From: Clostridia bacterium | GTDB lineage: Bacteria; Bacillota; Clostridia; Oscillospirales; CAG-382 | Reading direction: 5' to 3' | NCBI GenBank assembly: GCA_017434845.1 | Contig: JAFSGD010000023.1 | Span: 1,631-65,630, forward strand | DNA length: 64,000 bases | Part shown: one piece after another, positions 44,856-53,550 of the stretch | Layout: every line of letters starts with the position of its first letter | Numbering within the stretch: position 1 is the stretch's first letter | Program-made: the position numbers and the translations under genes | The notes under the pieces: model-generated | What the model was told of the DNA's origin: nothing | The model's input: only the letters and a program-made list of their open reading frames with translations | Databases searched by the model: none

Positions 44856-44891
44856 ATTATAATCGGGCGGGGCGGGAATATTTTGTCGCAA
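44856..44891 (-). promoter_or_regulatory. spoIIG-type promoter: TTGCGA-24 nt-TATAAT with a 0A-box-like heptamer over the -35-like element
   Basis: On the minus strand, TATAAT is at 44861-44856 and TTGCGA at 44891-44886. On the plus strand, TGTCGCA at 44884-44890 matches TGTCGAA at 6 of 7 positions. Confidence 0.45.
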
Positions 44892-44913
44892 CCGATAAGG
44901 CGGTGAGCTTTTT

Positions 44914-45108
44914 TTGAAAAAACCTTTTATTCTGCTTAAAAAGCCGCGTGAGCTTTTAAAGCTTTTGTTTTGTATTGCGCTTTGCGTATGGGCGTTAACG
45001 CTGTTTTACGGCGAAGACAGCGTGCTTGTGTTCGCGCAGAAGGATGCAAAGAACGCAGAAGGACTGTTTCGCCTGGTTAAAAGGGTGGCGGATAGCTTAT
45101 GTTTATAG
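44914..45108 (+). CDS. 64-aa single-pass membrane protein, hypothetical
   Basis: TTG start with an upstream AAGGCGGTG. One TM helix (LLFCIALCVWALTLFY). The 3' end overlaps the start of the M50 protease gene. Confidence 0.35.
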   Translation: MKKPFILLKKPRELLKLLFCIALCVWALTLFYGEDSVLVFAQKDAKNAEGLFRLVKRVADSLCL

Positions 45109-45686
45109 TGTTTCCGCGGTTCAGGCTGAGGCTTTCCGTGCTTGCTCTGCCGTCATTTTTGCTTATGCTTTGGCTCGAAGGCGTCCTTCCGCTTGCGCTT
45201 ATGCTGTTTTCGGCGGCATTTCATGAGTTTGGGCATCTTGCGGCGCTTAGGCGGTGCGGCAGAAGAGCAAGGCGAATAGATATTTTACCAATGGGCGCGC
45301 TTATCGTTTGCCCCGAGGGCATACCCGATGCCGATGAATGCGTTATTGCGCTTACGGGTCCTTTGTTTTCCCTGTTTCTGTTTGTGCTTTCGGCATTGCT
45401 CTATCTCGCTTTCGGCTCAACCGTATTTTTGTTTTCGGCGGTTATAAACCTTGTGCTCTCGCTGTTTAATCTTCTGCCCGAGCGCAAGCTCGATGGCGGA
45501 AAAGCCCTGCTTTGCTTTTTGCTTTGCAAAACAAATAAAGAAACGGCAGAGCAAATCTGCTCTGCCGTTTCGTTCGCCGCAACCCTGCTTTTGTCGGCGG
45601 TAATGCTGTTTTTGATTTATCTTTCGGGATTTAATGCGGGAGTTATTTTGCTTTCGGGCACGTTGCTTATTCAGCTTTTTAATTGA
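45099..45686 (+). CDS. Short site-2 (M50) family intramembrane metalloprotease, SpoIVFB-like core without CBS domain
   Basis: HEFGH zinc motif and NLLPERKLDGG motif within TM segments; 195 aa. Confidence 0.75.
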   Translation: MFIVFPRFRLRLSVLALPSFLLMLWLEGVLPLALMLFSAAFHEFGHLAALRRCGRRARRIDILPMGALIVCPEGIPDADECVIALTGPLFSLFLFVLSALLYLAFGSTVFLFSAVINLVLSLFNLLPERKLDGGKALLCFLLCKTNKETAEQICSAVSFAATLLLSAVMLFLIYLSGFNAGVILLSGTLLIQLFN

Positions 45687-45690
45687 TATG

Positions 45691-45820
45691 GGGCAGTCGA
45701 AGTTTTTATTTCAAGCTCTTGAAAATACAATAAAAAATAATTCCTTATAAAAATAAGCTTCCCGTATATAACGAGAAGCTTATTTATATTTAAAGTATTA
45801 TTTCAAGAGCGTAAATAACG
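45691..45820. repeat. 130-bp AT-rich structured element, copy 1
   Basis: 127 of 130 nt identical to 45886-46015. It contains an 11-bp perfect stem AAATAAGCTTC / GAAGCTTATTT (45751-45785) flanked by T/A runs on both strands. Confidence 0.9.
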
Positions 45821-45885
45821 CATATCAGGAGAAGTTGGGAAACTCGTTAGTTTGAAAGAAAAACGAGCGTCGCCCTACAAGAGTA

Positions 45886-46015
45886 GGGCAGTCGAAGTTT
45901 TTATTTCAAGCTCTTGAAAATACAATAAAAAATAATTCCTTATAAAAATAAGCTTCCCGCGTTTAACGAGAAGCTTATTTATATTTAAAGTATTATTTCA
46001 AGAGCGTAAATAACG
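45886..46015. repeat. 130-bp AT-rich structured element, copy 2
   Basis: Direct repeat of copy 1 with a period of 195 bp. The same hairpin is at 45946-45980. It lies 14 nt downstream of the minus-strand SBP gene stop. Confidence 0.9.
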
Positions 46016-46028
46016 AGTTTCCAACAAT

Positions 46029-47915
46029 TTAATCAGCAGTGCGCTGTGCGAGGATCTCTTCTTCTTTAGAGTTGACCTCACGCCAATCCTTAAGCTTAAG
46101 GTTGGTCATATCAACGTAGCCGAACCAGCTGTCGGTTTCAAAGCCCGAGATCTCGTCGCTTGCAACGAAGCTTCTGGAATACCAGAATACCATGGTTGCG
46201 GGGCAGAGGTCAACAAGCATCTGCTCAGCCTCGTGAAGCTTAGCTGCTCTGTCGGCACGGTTGCCTGCGTTGAGTGCGTCGGTGATGAGGGCGCTGTATT
46301 CGCTGCTGTCGATGTTGGTGTAGTGGGTGTTGAAGATCTCTTCAAGCGCCGCAACGGTGTTGTCTACAACAACGCTCGAGCCGCTGTATTCCTTAGCGAA
46401 GGGTGCAAGGTAAGAGAACGCATCAACAGAGCCCTGAAGCATGTTAATACCGATGATATCGTAATCTCTTGCAACGAGAGCTGCCTTGAACGCATAGGGA
46501 TCAAGTCCGCGGTAATCGATCGAGAAGCCGAGGCCTTCCCAATATTCGCCCGCCTTCTTTGCGATCTCTTCATAAACATTAGCATAGTTTATCTTGCGGC
46601 CATAGGTCTTATAGGTGTAATCGTTCTGAGGAATAAGATAGGTTACGGTAAGCTTGCCCGATTTCTTGGAAGCCTTGGAAAGAAGCTCTTTTGCGGCATC
46701 GGGGTCTGCGCCGGTCTTATAAAGATCGCCGCCGACATTACGGAAATCGGTCTTATAATCGGTATCGAACACGCCGTTGGGAACATAGCCGGTTGCGGCA
46801 ACCTCGCCGGTGCCGGTAACCTCGGAAACGATAGCGTTTCTGTCGAGAGCGGCAGAGAGAGCCTTGCGCACGTTAGCATCCGAAAGGATTTCGTTTGCGG
46901 TGTTAAAATAGAACGAGAAGCCGTTTAAGGTCTTTGCGGTTTCGAGATCGTAATCCTTGTTGCCGTTGAAGTGCTCGTATGTACCCTTATCGAACGAAGA
47001 GAGATAATAGAGCTCGTTTGCGAGGAAACGGTTAGCCTGGAACTGCTCCTGAGTAAGCTCGGTCTCGTTTTCGTAGTAATCGGTCTGACCTTCATAGTAA
47101 TAGCAGGTTATACGGTAAGGAGTAACGTATTTGTCGGCGGCATCGTCTTCCTCGCGCATATAATATGCGTTACGCTCGAGAACGAGCTTGCAGGCGAACT
47201 TGCCGCTGAAGTCCTGTTCGTCTTCCTTCTGTTCGCGAGGCATATCCATCGACTGAACTCTGAATTTGCCGTTACAAACGATATCGCCTGCGCTTGCCGC
47301 CCAGTCATCGCCTGCTTTTTCGCAACGGGTAACGATATCCTCACGGCAGGGTGCAAGGTGAATGTTGGCAACCTGCTCTGCGAAGAGATCAACGTCGTAT
47401 TCATGCTCAAAGGTTACTTCGAGGAGGGTATCGTCAACTGCGGCGAGACCGAGGTCGTCGATAGTACCAACGCCCGATTTAACGTCTCTTGCGCCCTTGA
47501 TGGGGTAGAGAAGCGAAGCATAGGGGCTATCCATTGCAGGATCGAGAATTCTTCTCCATGCATAGATAACGTCGTCTGCGCTAACGGCGCGGTTATCGCT
47601 CCAAGAGGTAGTCTTAAGCTCAAAATACATTCTGTGAAGCTGATATATATCGTCGTATTTATAGTACCATTCGGTAGCGAGGGCAGGCTGAACCTTGCCG
47701 TCTTCGTCAATGGTGGTGAGGGGCTCGAAGATCATAGAGAGGATCTGTTCAACGTCGCTGTTGATCTGAACCACTGCAGGATCGAGCGTGTAGGGGAAAT
47801 CGGTTAAATAGACACGAACGTTTGCGCCTTTTTCGTCTTCTTTAAGGCTGCTGCAGCCTGCGAAAACCGAGACGCAGAAAAGAAGACAAAGAACGAGAGA
47901 GAGAATTTTCTTCAT
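46029..47915 (-). CDS. ABC transporter substrate-binding lipoprotein, family 5 (OppA/DppA-like)
   Basis: Lipoprotein signal LCLLFCVSVFAGCSS and a 628-aa family-5 SBP-like sequence. There are no adjacent permease or ATPase genes. Confidence 0.8.
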   Translation of the reverse strand: MKKILSLVLCLLFCVSVFAGCSSLKEDEKGANVRVYLTDFPYTLDPAVVQINSDVEQILSMIFEPLTTIDEDGKVQPALATEWYYKYDDIYQLHRMYFELKTTSWSDNRAVSADDVIYAWRRILDPAMDSPYASLLYPIKGARDVKSGVGTIDDLGLAAVDDTLLEVTFEHEYDVDLFAEQVANIHLAPCREDIVTRCEKAGDDWAASAGDIVCNGKFRVQSMDMPREQKEDEQDFSGKFACKLVLERNAYYMREEDDAADKYVTPYRITCYYYEGQTDYYENETELTQEQFQANRFLANELYYLSSFDKGTYEHFNGNKDYDLETAKTLNGFSFYFNTANEILSDANVRKALSAALDRNAIVSEVTGTGEVAATGYVPNGVFDTDYKTDFRNVGGDLYKTGADPDAAKELLSKASKKSGKLTVTYLIPQNDYTYKTYGRKINYANVYEEIAKKAGEYWEGLGFSIDYRGLDPYAFKAALVARDYDIIGINMLQGSVDAFSYLAPFAKEYSGSSVVVDNTVAALEEIFNTHYTNIDSSEYSALITDALNAGNRADRAAKLHEAEQMLVDLCPATMVFWYSRSFVASDEISGFETDSWFGYVDMTNLKLKDWREVNSKEEEILAQRTAD

Positions 47916-47955
47916 GTTGACCTCCGGACATTATATTCCAGCATTAGTTATCGTA

Positions 47956-47984
47956 ATTATACCACCGAAAAGCAGAATAATCAA
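47956..47984 (-). promoter_or_regulatory. Sigma-A promoter for the SBP gene (TTGATT-17-TGgTATAAT)
   Basis: On the minus strand: -35 at 47984-47979, a 17-nt spacer, and -10 at 47961-47956. Confidence 0.6.
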
Positions 47985-48122
47985 GAAGCTTTTATCTATT
48001 TGTTGAAAATTACAAAACGGGCACTTCGTAATTGTGCAAAACATCGAATAAGGCGTCGCCGTTAATGATAAAGGGGCTGTCGTTCGGCGTTTGTTTATGA
48101 ACTTTAGTATATTTATACTAAA

Positions 48123-48923
48123 TCAAAGCTTCAAAAGGCGTTTTGCGTTACCCGAAAGTATCATTTCGCGGCTTTCGCTTGAAAGACCGAGCCTGTCTAT
48201 GAATTCAAGAACCTCGCTCGGCGAAGCCCAGGGCGCATCCGAGCCGAAAAGTATTTTATCATGCGGGTGGGCATCGAAGATACGCTTGCCCTGCTCGATC
48301 GTAATTCCGATGCGCTCACAGCAAAATGCCGTGTCGAGATAAAGGTTCCTGCCGCAAAGCTTTTTGAACGCCTCATCCCAGCAGTTAACGCCGCCGAGGT
48401 GTGCGGCGACGAGAATAAGGTTTGGAAATTCCGACAAGACGTTAAGTATAACGTCGGGCGGGGCGTGCATTTTGTTGGGCGAAACGGGATCGAAGCCCGC
48501 GTGGATTATAACGGGCAAGCCGAGCTTTTCAGCCGCCGAAAGAATCGGCTTGAAGGCATCGTCGTCAAACATAACGCCGATGTAATCGGGGTGAAGCTTA
48601 ATTCCTTTAATTCCCGCCGCAATAAACTCCTCAAGCAGTCTTTCGGGCTCTTGCGTAAGGGGATGAAGCGAGCAAAAGGGGATAAGCTCGGGGTGGTTGT
48701 TTTTGGTTTCGAGCGCAAAGGCGTTAACCTTGCCCACCTGACGTTCGTTGGTAACCGTGTTTAAAACAACGGAGCGGTCAACTCCGTCGTTTTTCATTAA
48801 TTTCAGCAATCCGCTTGCTGTCCCGTCGAACCTAACGGGGATCCCTGCGGTTGCCTGAAGCGATGCAACCGCCTTTGGCGCAAGTGAATCGGGGAAAATA
48901 TGTGTGTGAAAATCGATTATCAT
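48123..48923 (-). CDS. Metal-dependent amidohydrolase (amidohydrolase-2/TIM-barrel family)
   Basis: MIIDFHTHIFPD N-terminus and later HAGFD / AHLGG metal-ligand contexts; 266 aa. Confidence 0.75.
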   Translation of the reverse strand: MIIDFHTHIFPDSLAPKAVASLQATAGIPVRFDGTASGLLKLMKNDGVDRSVVLNTVTNERQVGKVNAFALETKNNHPELIPFCSLHPLTQEPERLLEEFIAAGIKGIKLHPDYIGVMFDDDAFKPILSAAEKLGLPVIIHAGFDPVSPNKMHAPPDVILNVLSEFPNLILVAAHLGGVNCWDEAFKKLCGRNLYLDTAFCCERIGITIEQGKRIFDAHPHDKILFGSDAPWASPSEVLEFIDRLGLSSESREMILSGNAKRLLKL

Positions 48924-49003
48924 GTTCCTGATTCCTAACGGTATTTAAATTTAAATGCTATCAAATATTATATCACCGATTCTTCGGATAATCAATAAGG
49001 CAA

Positions 49004-49038
49004 TAAAAAAACGCGGCAGCTATTTCAGCCGCCGCGTC
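49004..49038 (-). terminator. Rho-independent terminator after hppA
   Basis: On the minus strand, a GACGCGGCGGC / GCTGCCGCGT stem is followed by T7. Confidence 0.75.
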
Positions 49039-49048
49039 TTGTTTTTAA

Positions 49049-51328
49049 TTAAAGACCGAGCCAAGAGAGGAGGTTATTGTTTGCGAAGGTCGAAACAGTA
49101 ACGAGCGAGATGGTCGACATGATCTTGATAAGAATATCAAGAGAAGGACCAACGGTATCCTTGAGGGGGTCGCCGACGGTGTCGCCTACAACGGCGGCAT
49201 CGTGAGCGGCAGAGCCCTTCTTGTTACCTTCAACGCCGGTAACCTCAATATACTTCTTACCGTTATCCCAAGCACCGCCTGCGTTACCGCAGAAGAGAGC
49301 AAGCATGATAGCGGAAATGGTTGCGCCTACGAGAACGCCGCCAACGAATTGAGCACCGAATATGAAGCCGCAAACAACGGGGAATGCGATACAGAAGATA
49401 GCGGGGAGACGCATTTCCTTAAGAGCGCCCTGAGAGGAGATCTCGATACAGGTCTTGTAGTCGGGAAGAACCTCGCCCTCGAGAAGACCCTTGATCTCTC
49501 TGAACTGACGGCGAACCTCTTCAACCATCTTTCTTGCGGCCTTAGCAACGGCGTTGATAAGCATACCGGAGAACATGAAGGGAAGAGCTGCACCGACAAC
49601 GCAACCAACGAGAACCGCGGGCTCGATAGCGTTGAGGGAGATGTAGTCAAGAGCACCCTTAGCATAGTCTGCTGCGTTTTCGATCTCAACAGCAGGAGTA
49701 TAAGCGAAGATGTAAGAGGTCATCATCGAAAGGGTTGCAAGAGCAGCCGAGCCGATAGCGAAGCCCTTACCGATAGCAGCAGTGGTGTTACCGACAGCAT
49801 CGAGCTCGTCGGTGATCTCACGAACGCTGGGATCGAGGTAAGACATTTCTGCGATACCGCCGGCGTTATCAGAGATAGGACCGTAGGAGTCAACAGAAAC
49901 GGTTACTGCAACGAAGGAAAGCATACCGATAGCGGCAGCAGCAACGCCATACATACCGGAAAGGAGATAAGAACCGAAGATTGCAACGCCGAGAACAACG
50001 CAGGGAAGCATGCAGGAGATCATACCGAGTGCAAGACCCTGGGTGATGGTGAGTGCAGAGCCCTCGATGGAAGCGTTTGCAAGCTCTTTGGTGGGCTTGT
50101 AGTCATAGCTGGTGTAGTATTCTGCGAGCTTGCCGATAACGATACCGGCGATAACACCGATAACTGCGGCAACCCAAGGAGAAAGCCAGCCGATCTTGAA
50201 TTCAACGGAATCGAGAACGGTTACACCGCCCGAGCCTTCGATAACTGCTTTGAAAGCATCGTTGCCGAAAGAGAAATATGCAACAACTGCGCCGAGAACA
50301 ATGGTGAGAACGGCGGAAATGTAGGTTGCACCGTTGAGTTCCTTGTGGGGGTTATCGGAAAGCTTCTTGCGGATGAAGAGCGAAGCGATACCGAGAATAC
50401 AGGAAATAAGACCTACTGCAGCGAATGCAAGAGGGAACATGATCATCGACTTGAGGATAGCAGTGTCTGCATAAACGCCCTGAACGAAGAGCTCGATTGC
50501 AAGGATGGTGCCCGAAAGAAGAGCGCCAACGTAGCTTTCGAGAAGGTCGGAGCCGAGACCTGCAACGTCGCCGACGTTGTCGCCAACGTTGTCTGCGATG
50601 GTAGCGGGGTTTCTGGGGTCATCTTCGGGAATGTGAGCTTCGGTCTTACCAACAAGGTCAGCGCCCATGTCAGCAGCCTTGGTATAGATACCGCCGCCGA
50701 TACGAGCGAAGATTGCGATTACCGAGCAACCGAGAGCATAACCCGAAAGAGTCATGGTGAACGAGGATTCGAGGCTGCCTACGCCGCAAATAGCAAGGAT
50801 GCTCTTGCAGGAAGAAGCAAGCGCAACTGCAGAATCCTTAGCGGCTGCAGCGTCGATCTGCTTAAGGGCAACACCGAAAACGATGAATACGATGAAGATA
50901 CCGAGCAAAGCACAGCCGGAAACGCAAAGACCCATAACCGAACCGCCCTTGAAGGCAACCTTGAGGGTGTCGGAAAGCGATTTGGTGGTGCGTGCGGTGT
51001 TGGTAACACGAACGTTTGCGAAGGTTGCGATCTTCATGCCGACCCAACCTGCGGAAGCACTCATGGTTGCGCCGATGATGAATGCAACTGCGGCAGACCA
51101 AGAGATAACGAGAGCGAGCAAGATAGCAACTACGATCGCAACGATCGCAACAATCTTATACTCATAGGTGATGAAGGCGTTTGCGCCGACACGGATTGCA
51201 GAAGCGATTTCCTGCATTCTTTCGGTGCCTTCTTCGAGTTTCTTGACCGAGAAATAGTTGAACGCCGCGTATGCGAGACCGCCGAGCGCCGCAACGATTA
51301 CAAGGCCAAGGACGAGAGAAATGTCCAT
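49049..51328 (-). CDS. hppA: Membrane-bound ion-translocating pyrophosphatase
   Basis: 759 aa and polytopic, with the signature motifs GDNVGDNVGDVAG and DTVGDPLKDT. Confidence 0.95.
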   Translation of the reverse strand: MDISLVLGLVIVAALGGLAYAAFNYFSVKKLEEGTERMQEIASAIRVGANAFITYEYKIVAIVAIVVAILLALVISWSAAVAFIIGATMSASAGWVGMKIATFANVRVTNTARTTKSLSDTLKVAFKGGSVMGLCVSGCALLGIFIVFIVFGVALKQIDAAAAKDSAVALASSCKSILAICGVGSLESSFTMTLSGYALGCSVIAIFARIGGGIYTKAADMGADLVGKTEAHIPEDDPRNPATIADNVGDNVGDVAGLGSDLLESYVGALLSGTILAIELFVQGVYADTAILKSMIMFPLAFAAVGLISCILGIASLFIRKKLSDNPHKELNGATYISAVLTIVLGAVVAYFSFGNDAFKAVIEGSGGVTVLDSVEFKIGWLSPWVAAVIGVIAGIVIGKLAEYYTSYDYKPTKELANASIEGSALTITQGLALGMISCMLPCVVLGVAIFGSYLLSGMYGVAAAAIGMLSFVAVTVSVDSYGPISDNAGGIAEMSYLDPSVREITDELDAVGNTTAAIGKGFAIGSAALATLSMMTSYIFAYTPAVEIENAADYAKGALDYISLNAIEPAVLVGCVVGAALPFMFSGMLINAVAKAARKMVEEVRRQFREIKGLLEGEVLPDYKTCIEISSQGALKEMRLPAIFCIAFPVVCGFIFGAQFVGGVLVGATISAIMLALFCGNAGGAWDNGKKYIEVTGVEGNKKGSAAHDAAVVGDTVGDPLKDTVGPSLDILIKIMSTISLVTVSTFANNNLLSWLGL

Positions 51329-51431
51329 AATCTGTCCCTTTCATATTTTTTCGGCTTTTTGCCGATATTTAATGATTATGCAGTGTAAAACACGGCGTAT
51401 TCCGCCAATGCCCACACTCCGCATGCTACCT

Positions 51432-51460
51432 ATTATATTTATATAAAGCAAGCCCGTCAA
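51432..51460 (-). promoter_or_regulatory. Sigma-A promoter for hppA (TTGACG-17-TATAAT)
   Basis: On the minus strand: -35 at 51460-51455, a 17-nt spacer, and -10 at 51437-51432. Confidence 0.65.
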
Positions 51461-51642
51461 GGAAGATTTTGCCCCAAAAATAAAGTTTGTAGGTTTCGGC
51501 AAAAAAGGGCATTTATCGATTCTGTTTTTTGGGCAAAGTTAAGAAACAACTAAGAAAGTTTGTTTTCGTTTAAAATGCGGCAAAGAAAAGCTTTAATCTG
51601 TCAACTGTCAAAAAAGTGCTTTCGCAAAACCTTTCCTTTATA

Positions 51643-51671
51643 TTGACATTTGCTTTTCGGTGTGGTAAAAA
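51643..51671 (+). promoter_or_regulatory. Candidate promoter for the GH20 gene (TTGACA-17-TGgTAAAAA)
   Basis: TTGACA at 51643-51648. The -10 is weak but carries a TG extension. Confidence 0.4.
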
Positions 51672-51709
51672 GGATATGAATGTAAAAATACACCAATAAG
51701 GAGAAAGCT

Positions 51710-53512
51710 ATGAATATCCTTCCGCAACCCAAAAAGCTTAAAAAATCTCAGGGCGTAGTCGCAACAGCGGGCCTCGATATCGTTCTTACCTTCAAGTGCG
51801 ATTACCGTATCTTCAAGGCTGCTCAAAAGCTCGCCGCAGATATTTATGAAGAAACCGGTATCGATCCCGTTATCACCAAGGTTCTCGGAACACCGGATCC
51901 CAAGGGCAAAATCGTTATCGACTGCCTCGGCAAAAAGAGCGGCGAAGCTTATAAGCTCTCTGCACGCGAAGACGGCATCGTTATCACCGGCGATACCCTT
52001 GCGGGCACCTTCTACGGCATCCAAACTCTCCGCCAGATGCTTGAAACCTGCGGCGAGGATATCGAATGCTGCGAGATCGAAGATAAGCCCGATATGAGCT
52101 ACCGCGGATTCTATCACGATGCATCCCGCGGCCGTGTTCCCAATATCGACGGCGTTTTCAAGATGATCGATTTTCTTGCTTATTATAAGCATAATTCCTA
52201 TCAGCTCTATATCGAACACACCTTTGCTTTCGATGAATACAAGGGTATTTATAAGGCTTTCGGTTATATGACCGCCGAAGAGATCCTCGAGATCGATCAG
52301 TATTGCTATGATAACTTCATCGATTTCGTTCCCTCGCTTTCCTCGTTCGGCCATCTCTTCCGTCTGCTCGAAAGCAACAAGTATAAGCACCTTTGCGAGC
52401 TCGACAGCTTCGAGCCCACCAAAAACCCCTGGCATAACTTTATGCTTCACCACACCATCAACGCAAGCGATCCCGCAAGCATCGAGCTTATAAAATCGCT
52501 TATCGATCAATACGTTCCTCTCTTCCGCAGCAAATATTTCAATATCTGCTGTGATGAAACCTTCGATATCTGCAACGGCAAGAACGCGGGCAAGGATAAG
52601 GGCGAGCTCTATCTTGATTTCACACTTAAGATAATCGATCACCTCAAATCCCTCGGCAAGACCGTTATGATGTGGGGCGACGTTGTTCTCAACCACCCCG
52701 AAACAATGGAACGCTTCCCCGATGATATGATAATGCTCAACTGGTGCTATGATTGCAACCCGATCCTCGAAAACGTTGAAAAGTTTGCTTCTCAGCGCTT
52801 CGGTCAGATCGTTTGCCCCGGCACAAGCTGTTGGAACCAGTTCTGCGAATGCGTTGGCTATGCAGAGCTTAACATCAGTAAGATGGTTCAAAAGGGCGGC
52901 GAATGCAAGGTAATGGGTATGCTCAACACCTCTTGGGGCGATTATGGCGCGGTTTGCCCGATGTCCTGCACTCTTTACGGCGTTGTTCTCGGCGGTGCTT
53001 TGGCTTGGAACCGCAAAACCAAGGTTATGTGCGAGAAGTTTGACAAAGCAGTTTCCGAGCTCGTTTACGGCGATGCTTCGGGCGAGACCGTTAAGCTTAT
53101 TCGCAAGTTTGATGAATACGAGCGCGTTCTCTGCTGGGGTCAGTATTGCAACGCTGTGTTCGATAACCGCTTCGCAACTTGGGGCAACACCGAAATGCCC
53201 ACCGACGCGGCACCCTTTATCGAAAACGCAAAGAACTGCTATGCGCTTGCCGAATCCTTCCGTCGACTGCCCGTTCAAAGCGACCTTACCGTTGATCTCA
53301 GAATTCAGGCAGAGGGCGAGGCTATTATCAACCTCCGTCTTGCAAACCTTATCGACGGCGTAACCGTTGTTGATGAAGCAAAGGTTGAAAATTGGATCGA
53401 GCGCTACACCGAAAGCTGGTTGCGCGATGATAAATACGGCGAGCTTGATGCAGTTATCGCGGCAATGCGCGGCAAGAAGTTCAGCTATAAAGACCTTCTC
53501 ACCAACGCTTGA
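51710..53512 (+). CDS. Glycoside hydrolase family 20-like (beta-N-acetylhexosaminidase family)
   Basis: N-terminal ILPQPKK...FYGIQTL domain, then IEDKPDMSYRGFYHDASRG and a D-E pair context (ICCDETFD). Confidence 0.7.
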   Translation: MNILPQPKKLKKSQGVVATAGLDIVLTFKCDYRIFKAAQKLAADIYEETGIDPVITKVLGTPDPKGKIVIDCLGKKSGEAYKLSAREDGIVITGDTLAGTFYGIQTLRQMLETCGEDIECCEIEDKPDMSYRGFYHDASRGRVPNIDGVFKMIDFLAYYKHNSYQLYIEHTFAFDEYKGIYKAFGYMTAEEILEIDQYCYDNFIDFVPSLSSFGHLFRLLESNKYKHLCELDSFEPTKNPWHNFMLHHTINASDPASIELIKSLIDQYVPLFRSKYFNICCDETFDICNGKNAGKDKGELYLDFTLKIIDHLKSLGKTVMMWGDVVLNHPETMERFPDDMIMLNWCYDCNPILENVEKFASQRFGQIVCPGTSCWNQFCECVGYAELNISKMVQKGGECKVMGMLNTSWGDYGAVCPMSCTLYGVVLGGALAWNRKTKVMCEKFDKAVSELVYGDASGETVKLIRKFDEYERVLCWGQYCNAVFDNRFATWGNTEMPTDAAPFIENAKNCYALAESFRRLPVQSDLTVDLRIQAEGEAIINLRLANLIDGVTVVDEAKVENWIERYTESWLRDDKYGELDAVIAAMRGKKFSYKDLLTNA

Positions 53513-53550
53513 TTTACAGCGAACGAAAAAACGCAAAATATATAAGACAA

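Noticed and set aside
45691-46015. Possible CRISPR array or tandem-repeat locus in the AT-rich intergenic region
   Set aside because: There are only two copies. The unit is 130 bp, far longer than CRISPR repeats, and the single 65-bp spacer is itself related to flanking sequence. No cas genes are in the window. I report it as a structured duplicated element instead.
51329-51431. hppA 5' leader (about 95 nt) with small hairpins, considered as a riboswitch
   Set aside because: Only short stems are present (GGCG/CGCC, TCGGC/GCCGA), and I see no similarity to any riboswitch class I can recall. The evidence is insufficient to call anything.
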